From Phoronis australis (taxonomy: Eukaryota; Animalia; Phoronida): 64,000 nucleotides of DNA. The position numbers and the translations under genes are program-made. Shown piece by piece: positions 1 to 11,100 of this stretch. The notes under the pieces were generated by a model, which did not search any database, was not told where the DNA came from, and was given only the letters and a program-made list of their open reading frames with translations. Every line of letters starts with the position of its first letter. Within the stretch, counting starts at the first letter, position 1. The DNA is taken from the NCBI GenBank assembly GCA_002633005.1, contig NMRA01000191.1:668378-732377 (forward strand), read 5' to 3'.

Positions 1-1790
1 CCATGTCGGAGAGATTCAATAGTTGCCCATGTTTTTCAGACCTAGTATCTAGATATACAGTCAATTGTATGGCGTGAGCATGTTGCTGCTGAATGACAGA
101 GATATCAGTATCAGGGGTTCTGACGACGGCGTTTTTGTACCCAAGTGAGACAGCGTACTGGAAGTACAAAACAATTCTTGTGTCAATCTCTTCTTGGTTG
201 TTAAAATTTAAATGAAAATACCCCTCTTAGTGCATTAACTGATATTAGTTCAGCTACCTTTCCTTGTGAAGACGTAAGAGCGACTTTCTTGTTGCATGAA
301 TCCATGGTGTTAGCTCTTTTCTTCTTATACAATGTAGGTTGGAAGAATCTATTTGTACTCTGTCCTGCAAGTATGCCAAGAATCACCCTCAACTTCTGCT
401 CTGAGGGACATATTTTCTACGTCCACGAGTACAGAAGCTCTAAAAGCCAAAGAGTAAAGCTTTTCCACATCCGCAACCAATGAATGAGTTTATGAAATTC
501 TTCATGGCTGTTATGGTTCGCTGGACAGCTTCCCCGCCTTTCTTCATTTCTGCTCTCTCTTGTTCATGTCTTCCCTATTTGGAAATTCCGGGCCGACCAT
601 ATCAAGAGTCTTCTCGTAGAACTGATCTTTGATAGAGGTTGTGTGGCACCACCTTTGGCATGCTTTAGTCCAACAAGCCCTCCTAAAAAAACAAAAAACA
701 AGAGAATAAGAGCAACTCGCATGTTTTTGAAATACTTTAATTCGACAAAATGACATACATATATATATATAATTGCAGGCGGTCTGATACACGTTGTACC
801 AGATGTGCGCAGGCCTCGCATGTGGGCCCATTGCACTGGTCACCTGGAAATATTTTTATGCTTTATTAATATATGGTTAAAACCGAGCTGAGGAGCTAGA
901 AACCTGGCTCAAGGGTTTAGCAGTGTGACCTGGTGGGACCTGAACCCACGACCTCGAGTAAAGAAAGCGGGCACATATCAACCAGGCCACACTGCCTCCT
1001 CAAATGACATACATTCCAACTTAGGATAATATAACCTGATGATTTAGCAAATCGCATGAATGTTTCCTACATTGTCGTTGACTGCTCTTAGTGCATCTGG
1101 TATTGTTAAACTGGCAACTGCAATGGCACCTTTTGTGAGAAATTCTTTGGATATGGGATGTGTGTTTTCTATGTTGGTGAGATGAACATCCAGCCAAACG
1201 ATAAACCTGAAGGTAGGCATGTGCGAGCATTAATACAATTGGGCTAAATTCATTGCAATCGATTTTTAATGAAAAAGAAATTGCGCTATATGCAATATTA
1301 TGCCATGATTATGAAAACTATGTGCCAACCTTGAATACTTCTGGCCAGCGAATACAAAGAAGAGATGTGCCATGTCTCCAACACATTTGTGGAGCACCTG
1401 CTAGTTGCTGGTCTTAACAGAGTGCACGAACATGAAGACCACGTGACAATGGTTGATGAATGACATCCAATTGGCACCTGTCTTTCCAAGATGGTTTTCG
1501 CCAATCTTCTCCGCACACATTGTTGCCTAAATGATCTTTCAAGGCATCGTCGTGGTGCTCACGATTACAAGCTTGGGTTATTTTGAGAAGAGCTCTAGAA
1601 TCCTCTATGGGGATGCCATCTTCCATTACGAACAACTCTATTAAGAGTCTTTTCATTGCCTCGCACACCGTTTTCAGACAAAATACTGCCTTTGTGTATG
1701 CGTTTCCACTGAGAGCACTGTTGAGAGAGCCAGATGTTTCCAATTGTGCCCTAAGGTAGGTGTATACACTGGTCAAATCTCCAGGTTCCT
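1..1790 (-). mobile_element. Degraded Academ (AcademX-type) DNA transposon coding remnant: transposase core plus XPG/FEN1-like nuclease segment
   Basis: Minus-strand translation of 1414-1776 gives GSLNSALSGNAYTKAVFCLKTVCEAMKRL, resembling the SVxxVLxGKxYxRAxRxHxLxxEAL motif of Academ transposases. Bases 1-200 give NQEEIDTRIVLY...YKNAVVRTPDTDISV, resembling the HEEADTR...VVVRSPDTDV XPG-like motif. Stops, frameshifts and a SINE interrupt it. Confidence 0.65.
755..1001 (-). mobile_element. tRNA-derived SINE inserted in the Academ remnant
   Basis: Reverse complement begins GAGGAGGCAGTGTGGCCTGGTTG (A-box-like) ... GGGTTCAGGTCCC (B-box-like). Homologous to 6121-6330; ends in a (TA)n tail at about 755-771. 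Confidence 0.7.
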
Positions 1791-4690
1791 AACTAAAATG
1801 AGTGAAAAGGGAGTTTTAACTAGTTAGACATGACTCTGAAAATGACACAAATCGAAAAAAGGGTTTTTTTTGTAGTTCGTTTTTTAAAAAATCGTATTTT
1901 TTGATTTTCAAAAAATCCAATTTTACCTCGAATTTTTTTTCAAAATGCACAGGGATCATCATCAACTGTTTCCTTACGCAATATTCTACTGATCCATACC
2001 AAATATATGTACAAAATCATTATCATCTTGATTTTGTGGCATTCTTTGTGTGTGAGTTGGGGCAAGCACGCCACTTTTTGTCATTTGGTCACTTTCCGTC
2101 TAATAACTAAAAATCTGGTCCATTTATCGAAAAACCCTGGCACGCGATTTTGCTTCAGTCCTAGAGGATTTCATATTAGCAAATTTCCTAAAAATTGACC
2201 CACGTGTTGTGGAAAAATAGGTCTGAGAATCTTGTCACTATCCTGAAATCACGAGCCGAGATAAACGGCTTTGAAGTTAAGCGGTCCATCGATTGCCACT
2301 TGAGATCAAATTTCGTTCAGAATGCGTGGTCATTATGTTCCAATTTTTGTTGAAGTACTAGAAATAAAGCTTGGGTAAGATCCTCAAGTTACCAAACTTT
2401 CTTATATTGCTTTCCTCTAAACTCGTATAATATCATGAGTTTTAATTCAGGGATACGTTTGGATCTATGCACTAGAAAAATTTTGTTATGATGAATACTG
2501 GACCATTTCTCTAATTCTTTGGTTTACGGCCAGTGGCAAGTTAAAAAATCGCCTGGATTTGACAACCTAGTTTCTCCACGGCGCGTTCCGGGCACAGAAG
2601 CACGGTTTATCTGCAAAGACTCTACTCCGACCGCTTGTGTAGCGCGCGCGGCGTGTCTTCACAGCGCGTGCATGCACTCTCACCGAATCGTGCAACACCA
2701 CCCACGTCGACGCTTAGCACCCTCTCGCAAGACACCTCACCTTACCGACTTCTCTTGTACACGCACAATTTCTGCACTGACTCCTCAAGCTGAGTGCAGT
2801 GATGGCTTCGGTTGGACTTGGCGTACTCAACTTAATTTTTTTGCAGATAGACAAACAGGCTCAGGCTCGGAACAGGAGCTAGTTCACCATTTCACTACCA
2901 CCTTTCACATTGTCAAAAATAGAATTATTTTATTCTTGGTCTTGCTACAACATCAATATCAGCTGGTACAGCACTCTCGATTGCCCGGTCGCGCAATGTT
3001 TGTTGACAGGGTTAGATTAGAGCTAGACAAGTGTCCTTGTATAAGCTCCGCCCCAGTTGTCAGTCACTGAGCTGGTGAGCACTCAAGCCATTTGACTTAT
3101 TGAGGCTTGGTCAAATATAGCTAAAAAACAACTTTGGATTTTCAGAATGATTTTATTTTTCTTTAGTATACTGTGCATCAAAAATTAAAGATTAGGATGA
3201 CAAAAATGTAAAAAACAGTCAAAATCATTTTTTTTTGAGTATCCACCTACCTTAAAGTAATGAAACCGAATTTTTTTATTCACTTGCATTATTCTATTCG
3301 TCTTTCCAAAGCCAACGCACATTACTATACTGAGCTGATCGCTGAAACTGACGGCGTGGGGGATGTTTGATAAATTCGACAAATACTTGTGGATGCGTGA
3401 TCTGAGATTCTGCGCCTTCCAGACATCAATGAGACACGAAAATGTGCCTGGTTTCCAAAAGGAGATTATGTGCTTTCTTATCTCGGAGACATAGGACAGC
3501 TCTATTGCCGCATAATCCGGGATGGCCCTATTGTCGACTCTCCCCTTGTATGCCGTGTTTTGATTACGCGCGGCTCATCAGGGTGCGCCGCGCTTGCTTG
3601 AGAATTGTTGCTATTCGATTGCTCCGGTATTGTTTTTTTGCTATTGAATATAGGGCTTACTGTAAAATGTTTGTTTTTTACAAACAAAGTTAGTTTAAAT
3701 TAGTTTGAAACTGTTTTCAACCAAAACCTTCTTCCGAACTAATGTCGTCTATACTTTTGAAAATTGTGCTGTCTAATGGCCCCAAACATTGTCAAATAGG
3801 ATCATTTGCTTGGGATTTGGTGATTCGGCAAGCTGGTGGTGTTTACTACGGCTGCTGCTGTGAAAGAGTGTACAAAACCGTCAGACGGCAGTGACTTACT
3901 CGGCGAGTTTAAGTGTCCTTTACTTCTTAAATAGTGGCTACTATGGTATGAATGCGACACACAGAAAAACGTCGGAGCTCAGCCTTTGTTGCGGATCTGA
4001 AATGATTTTTGGCTTTTGCTTATTTTATAAAATAAAGGGCGCAGAATGTAATGGCTTTCGGTAAAATGCCTTGTGCCTCATGAAGTCGACAGTTTCTACT
4101 TGTTATTTGCAATTCCAGGGTTTTAAAGAAGAGACGTGGGACATTTGTACTTGAATTGTTGTTAGTTACGCTTGGTGAAACAATTCGAAGTATTTACCAA
4201 AAACAAGCATGCACTCAGGTCCTTGCTTGAGACGGTAATCGGGAACGAAGGCACTAATTTCTCCCATGGTGATCGCGAACGCAGGAAAGCGATCGTGAAT
4301 GTACATTTTTTGCTCTGCATTGGCCTGAATAATCGTTCACGTTGCGGTGTTACGTCAATAGTTAGGGAATGAAACGGACCTTGAATTAGCTGATTGGTTG
4401 ATTGTCAATTATATTTCACCGTTTTTCATGATTTTTGTCAGATTTAATCTAACAAATTTCGCTAAATGAGTTTTTTTTTGTTCAGTTGAACTGCTGTCTT
4501 TTAGGGTGTTAACTTCTACGCCTACTAAAAGAGTAGTACAACTGGTGCATGTAGCAGAGGACTGTGTGTACGTTGTGACCACATGGCAATAAAATACAGT
4601 GACATTACAGCAAGCATTACCAGCCCCGTACCTGACGTGTTGCATGCGACAAAGGTTTTTTGATGGATATAAGTAAACACGTGAAGTATT

Positions 4691-4879
4691 GTGCTGAGGA
4701 ACCAAGACTGTTTAGATAGTGTTATCTGCGATCACTGTTTCACGGAAAGAGTGGGCCTGAAGCGACACATTGCGTCACAGCACGAGGACACTACTTTTTG
4801 TTGTGAATGCAGCAAATCCTACAAACACTATGGCTATGCCTCCCTCAACAGGCATAAGAAGCAGAAACGACATGAATGA
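4691..4879 (+). other. Isolated fragment with two C2H2 zinc-finger-like motifs (exon or TE-derived relic)
   Basis: CDHCFTERVGLKRHIASQH and CCECSKSYKHYGYASLNRHKKQKRH follow the finger pattern; no convincing gene context. Confidence 0.45.
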
Positions 4880-5410
4880 AATCATTAAGTCCAGTAGTGA
4901 AGGTTGCTAAGTCACTATAGTTTATTCAGATTTACATAGTTTATGGTTGGCAGTTGCCTGATGTGATAAGTTTGACGCTTTGTTTTGAAAATTTATTTCC
5001 TTAAGTTTCCATATTTGTGTTACTTTAACAGAATCAGTGCATTTTTGTAATGTTTATTTTGGTTTAAATGACCATACTGAGTGTCATTGGGCGATACTTA
5101 CATGTACATACAATTGTTTTGACCATGAGGAAATATATGTCTAGGTTTATTGTAAAACTTGCTTTCATACTGTTGCTGATTTCCTGTTAAAGAATTTTAT
5201 ACCATCAATCGGTTAGTAATACATGGTCTCTGATTCAGTTATTATTTACATGTAGTCTAAGGCATTCCAAAAATGAAATGTTCAAATATTTGTAATGTTG
5301 ATTTCACAATATTTCATATCTTTCTGTATGACCAATTTTGAGGCATGTGTGATAAAAGATTATTATTATCATTATAGAAATTACTTGGTTACCTTTGTAA
5401 TTACAGCAGT

Positions 5411-5685
5411 ACAGGGGCGGATCCAAGATTTTGAGTTGGGGGCAGGGCACAGGAATAACCAGAATTTCGCCACATGCGCGTGCCCAGCCTAAAATGTAGG
5501 GATACAGGCGTCTCTAATTGTTGGGTTTGTGGACTTTATTACTAGAAAAAAAAAGGTAAACGGGGTTTGTTCAAAGCCTATGCATTGTGCATTCGCCCCC
5601 TGAGCCCCCCTGGGTACGCGCATATGCTACTCAGCAATTCGCACCNCTGGCCCCCATGCCCCCCCCCCCCCTAAATCCGCCACTG
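5411..5685. mobile_element. MITE with CAGGGGCGGAT...ATCCGCCACTG termini
   Basis: Terminal inverted repeats; same termini as the element at 11889-12044. Confidence 0.55.
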
Positions 5686-6120
5686 TGTCTTGAAGTGACG
5701 TCAAAAACAACAATGTGACTACTTTTTGAGAAAATCACAATACAATATGTGCATTACTGCTCGTCTTACTCTTTTTCAATGTCACATTAAACTGGAGATC
5801 ATGAACTGAAGATGCACTGTGAACTTAGGACCAAGACTACAAAACAGAATCAAAACGTACATCCAAAACCGACACGGTGCCCCATGTCAGTCTGTTCATC
5901 TCTGTATCGATCTTATTCAATAAAATCCCACCAGTTTTATCAGCACAACAGTTTATGCAACTTCTGGCAAATTTTTAAATCCCAGCCGTTGAAGAGGGGC
6001 AATCCTTGAATTATTTGGTGAATGGTGTTGCCGCTCTCCTCTCTTCCCATGGGCAAACTTGTCACCAGTCTTAGACTTCACTGGCGGATTTTGTTTTCCC
6101 TTTTGCTGTCACAGTTTTCA

Positions 6121-6330
6121 GAGAAGACAATGTGGCCTAGTGTGATAGGTGCCTGCTTTCTTTACTCGAGGTCCTGGGTTCGAGTCCCACTGGGTCATGC
6201 TGCTAAACCCTTGAGTCAGGTTTCTAGCTTCTGAGCTCGGTTTTAAATATCAATGAAACATAAAAATGGTTCCAGGTTATCACGGTCTGCGCACGTCTGG
6301 TACAACGTGTATTAGACCGCCCGCAATTAC
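6121..6330 (+). mobile_element. tRNA-derived SINE
   Basis: TGGCCTAGTGTG (A box) and GGGTTCGAGTCCC (B box), followed by a body shared with 755-1001, 8823-9045 and 47652-47850. Confidence 0.75.
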
Positions 6331-8130
6331 TTTTTTATTGTCACAGTTTTGCAATATTCGACACTCGCTTTCATTTGCTGCAACAATTTGTTTACCCCAA
6401 GCCAAAGATTTCCCAAGCTGACACTTCACATGGAACAACTCCTGGGCGTGTCTTAGTTTGGAGCCCCTTGTTTCCAATGTTTCGTCTAAAAGTAGACGTC
6501 TATTTCAAAACTCTGGTAGGGTGCACCGCTATGCCGTGGGCGATAAGGTTTTCATGTTCTTATAATGCTGAACTTGTTTCCTAAAATAAAATCATTTGTG
6601 AAAATATTTTTCAACTAATAAAGTACGCTTGATGTCATTGATGGCGATTTTATGGTAATATGCTATGCTATTGTTTAGTTTTTAATACGAAAACGATAAC
6701 ACAGCAATGACGTAAAATATGGTTGAACATTTTACTGCATTACACTTGTTTTGTAACCCTTCTCACGTTTTATAAGTAAAAAGTTCACTATTATTCGACA
6801 CACCACAATGCGTTCCCGCTTCTTTCAAAACTACGGAAATCAAGCGTTGCGTTGAATTTTCATACGTCATTTCTTAATAACTTCATGATTAATTGATTTG
6901 CCAAAATACAAACCACATTCGGCTCATGCGATGCTTCGCGTTACATAACGTTTCTCCAATAATTGGAAAAGACACTGGCCTAAACCTCTACCTGTCCTAC
7001 CTCAGTGTCCTTGATGGGGAGGAGGAATGTCAGGAAATTTTCAAAAAAATGACCGACAGTCTGCCAAAGCATCCGGACAGTTGGCAAGTACGCTGTCAGC
7101 AACACAAAGCATTGGACTGCATTCTTTGACAAGGTAATTTTTAAATTACATATCCCGTATACATTAGATAAATACTCCTGATAACATTACTGCTCACACA
7201 TCCAATTAACATTATACCTGGGACACAGGTAAACATATTGCACAAATGAATTGTTATAGAAACAAGTGGGTAATAATATAGACATGCATGTACTAAAACA
7301 CACACGTACCTACGCCAAAACACACGTACGTCGAGTAGTTTTTCGAAAGTTACGTAAACACACCTGTTGGTAGGGTCAAAACAGTAGGGTACTGCATTTC
7401 ACATTATTGCAGAACAAACACCCAGAAGTCAAAGGTCACTTCTTCTGACCGTATTTTAGCATCCAAAATATCTTGATGAAAAACATACGGAGTTTGTTAG
7501 GTGGCCGAAAGTATATCTAAGATCAGATCAAACGATATTCCCGCCATCCAGTCAGGGTCACGGGTCGTATCGGTGCACATAAAGAATTACCAGTGTAACT
7601 GATGGGTTGTCTGGAACTATAGCACAAAAATCTCACTAGATGATTCCATTCTGATCAAAAATGACAAAATGAAAATGAAAATGAAACAATGAAATTAAGT
7701 TTGATTTGATAACTAAATCAAATCTCAGTGGAGAAGACAACAGGAAATTCTCTTAAAGTACGTGCAAACTTTCGCGGCTGGTCCCGTGGAATCTAGTTTG
7801 CATGACGCACCGGAGCTGGCATTCCAGTCCTAGAGTTCTATGCTCACATTATTCTCCTTGTTCTATATCCTGTTAACACGATTTTCGATAACTTCTTTTT
7901 ACAAACTAGGCCCTGGGAGACCAGCAGACGCGCGCAATAGATTGTCGCGAATAAACATGTCTTACGTAAGAGTAACTTAAGCTTAACCAACCGAATAGGT
8001 TATCATGAATAAACATGTCTTACATAAGTGTGACTGAATGCAGCAGTCTGTTGAGCGAACGTTTTTAAAGTACGTGTACGGAAGTCTATTCTTAGTTCGC
8101 TACAAAGGGTCTACAAGCAACGAGGGGAGA

Positions 8131-8150
8131 ATGGCACCGCAAGGCGACAG
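8131..8150 (+). CDS. LOX-A exon 1 (20-nt coding start, MAPQGD-R)
   Basis: ATGGCACCGCAAGGCGACAG|gtgaat; phase 2 matches the exon 2 acceptor; conserved in the paralog at 47014-47033. Confidence 0.8.
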
Positions 8151-11100
8151 GTGAATGAGAATGGAGCTTTGCTTATAGGCACATTTAGAATCTGTCTGAT
8201 GTCTTTTAGTTCATGATTCTAATTAATTTTAGTGATGGAATCCTCTCAAAATGTTTGCATTTTTTCGTGGTTTAATTGATTAATGAGTATCAGAAACCTG
8301 TAACTGCCAGCCCCTCGATCAGCCGCCAAGAATGTTATGTAAATCAAAACGTACGTGGATCCTGCTAAATCTCATGATCGCGTATGCGTGAATTAAGGGA
8401 ACCAGGTGAATTTTTATTCAGTTTATAGAACTTTTGAGAATTATTGGGCTCACTCTCGCCCATTTCCCCCTTTACCGAATTGTCACAAAACCGGAGGAAT
8501 AGTTGAATGATATAATCAATTATTGTTTGGCGAATAAAATCGCCAATAGTTAGAGAAAAGTTTGCCATTTTTTGCTTTAGTATTGTGCAAAATTGTATCA
8601 AAGTGTACGTGATTACATGCATTTGAGTGAACTTGCTAAGTTTCCTTTTGTATTCCTAGTTCACGCATGTGCGATCTTGAGATTGAGCAGGATTTGAAGT
8701 TCACGCCCAGCAGCTCAATTACAGTAAACCTAAAGCCAGATGCGTCAGTATTCCGATTCTCACCGAAAAAAATTAGTTTCAAAGTGGCCAGGAGCACGAA
8801 AAAAAAAAATTCGGGTCTGCAAGAGGAGTGAGGTAGTGTAGCCTAATGGGAAAAATGCCCGCTTCCTTTACTGAATGTCGTTGATATGAGACCTCATGTT
8901 GGTGCAGACTGTGGACCCTTGAATGAGGTTTCTCCTTTCTCATCACGGTTTTAACTGCATATTAGTGAAGCATAAAACGGTTTGCAGGTGATCATTGCAC
9001 TGCAATTTTCCGGTTATATGCTCGATTGAGTGTTGATCACAACTGTCCACCATTCCATTGACAGAAGTCGATTTTTGAACGAACTTGACCTCTGCAGAGC
9101 CCCCTAGTGACCATTTTGGTTTAAACAAGCGGCTTTTGTTGTGTTTTTGGGAAGAAGAGCGTTTCGGAAGGATATAAAAAAGAGTGACAGCAAAAACATT
9201 CATACAGAGTTATGTGAAGTTAATGTGATGGTACTAAACGGTTGGAAACTGTAAAACGTTTGATTTGTATTCGTTTTAAATGAAACGGTGAGGTACCAAC
9301 ACTTTTTGTCTATCTGAGTGACCACTGGAGCTAGTACCCCTTGTGGTCCAATTGTTACAGCCTTATACCTTATTTTACACGAAATATATTTACCGTTAGA
9401 GGTGAACTTCAAACAAAACCTTGTTGGTATAGCTAAATGTGAATAATTTTAATTGTGATTGTTCATCATTTCATATCCATGAAACTTATATTTCGCATCG
9501 ATTTTGTGTAGAGCGTTTCCGTAAAACTTCTTCGATTTTTCAGTGACACATAGGGGCTAAAACAGAACAACTCTTTGTTCAGATGTGCAGTCATTTGGAA
9601 ATATGCAATTAAATACCCTTGAAATGGAAAGTTGAGAATGAAGTGTTCACTGTTGTAAGACTGTACGTGTTGGACTTCCTCAGCCATGTACATCAGTGAA
9701 AAAATTCCCCTTGAGTCGGAATCTGTAACGTTATACTTAGACACTAGTAGCCAATACATACTAAAAAGATCTTGGTTGAGTAATTCATAAGCTGATCGCC
9801 AGGTAGTTAGCGAATTTTAAGAGTGACGTAGGGCATTGCCGTTTTTGTTTGAGGTTCAAAGAAATAAATATTTATGCTTCGACATAAGCTTCGTTGATGA
9901 AAGATAGAATGGTAAGCACATCGACATCTATGAGCGCGCAAGTAGATGAGCGCATCCAAGGTGNGGGGGGGGGGGGGGTGTTCGGTGAAATGGCAAAAAC
10001 TCTGCCTCCGGAGAAACAAAAACACCGAAAAAAAGTAGAAAACGAGACAAAAGTCCACTTAAAGTGCAGGGACAACCAAAATTCAGGGAATGCACTATTC
10101 ATAGCTCTGAACGTATATCCCGTAAATCTTAGTAAGAAGTCCACATTCTCAAAAATTCGAGTACCCCGTATTTCGCTTGGGTTACGCGCTTAAGACACTT
10201 GGTTTTAAAAACGCCTATCTAACTTTTATCTTATTGACGACTATTCACTGAACCTGGACACCTGTAGCTTCACGCTGGGACGCTGCTAGGTACATAAACA
10301 TCATAAGCCTAATGTTGGATCGAGATTAAAGTTCATATTATGTTGTTACATAGTTTGCGTGACCGATGAGAGTGCTGCCGTCACACATCCGTTGAGGACT
10401 CCGCGGCCGCCAGTGCGTGTATCTAGCCACATTTAAGGAATGTTCTAAAGGAAAAAGCAGTGTCAAGCGCTTACAGCTGAGTGGGCTTCAGTGTAGGACT
10501 AATTTAATGTCCACCTGGTCAGTCCGACTTCACTGGAACGCGGCGCCCAAATAAGAGCTCATCTTGACCCCTGCTTTTGTAGTTAATCTGCCACTGCTTG
10601 CACGTGAACCTTTTTGGGGCTTGCAGGGTCGGAATGGATTTACACTGTATGTGAAAGGGCCAGCACCCCTATTTCATTTTTAAAGATGAAAATTAATAGA
10701 AACATTGATACATAGCTACATATTTTGGTGTTTGGGCTTGAGGCAATATAGTACTGTGACGTAGAAATGTTTTATAATCTTTTTGCATTGGACGAGTGTT
10801 CGCGAAAATATTTCCCATGATCCTAGTGATGTGTTACAAGTCAGGATTATTAGGTGATACCAAATATTTTTGAGAAACGGCTGAATTTGCCTATTCCGAT
10901 ATCATAAAATTGGCTCGTGCTGAGTTGGCCATTTCATGTTCTGTGCTGCATACGCTGGCTACGCATGGCATTTGCTTGATTCTCGAATCTGCCAGCCGTT
11001 GATTTATTGACCCCTTGCTTAACCGTGGCTCTGTTACTGTTATGGGACAAGCGGGAAATGGAAATTTAGCAGAAAATTCATGTACCTTTCACACTGTTTG

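Noticed and set aside
2519-3070. 183-aa + strand ORF
   Set aside because: Non-ATG start, no domain or splice support; probably TE interior.
1-8130. Allene oxide synthase (catalase-like) domain fused upstream of the LOX, as in coral AOS-LOX
   Set aside because: No catalase-like exons were recognised, and a conserved ATG exon sits immediately before the PLAT domain in both paralogs.
10366-10395. ATG in a paralog-conserved block as LOX exon 1
   Set aside because: In-frame TGA after 9 codons in LOX-A and no phase-compatible donor; the 8131 exon fits in both paralogs.
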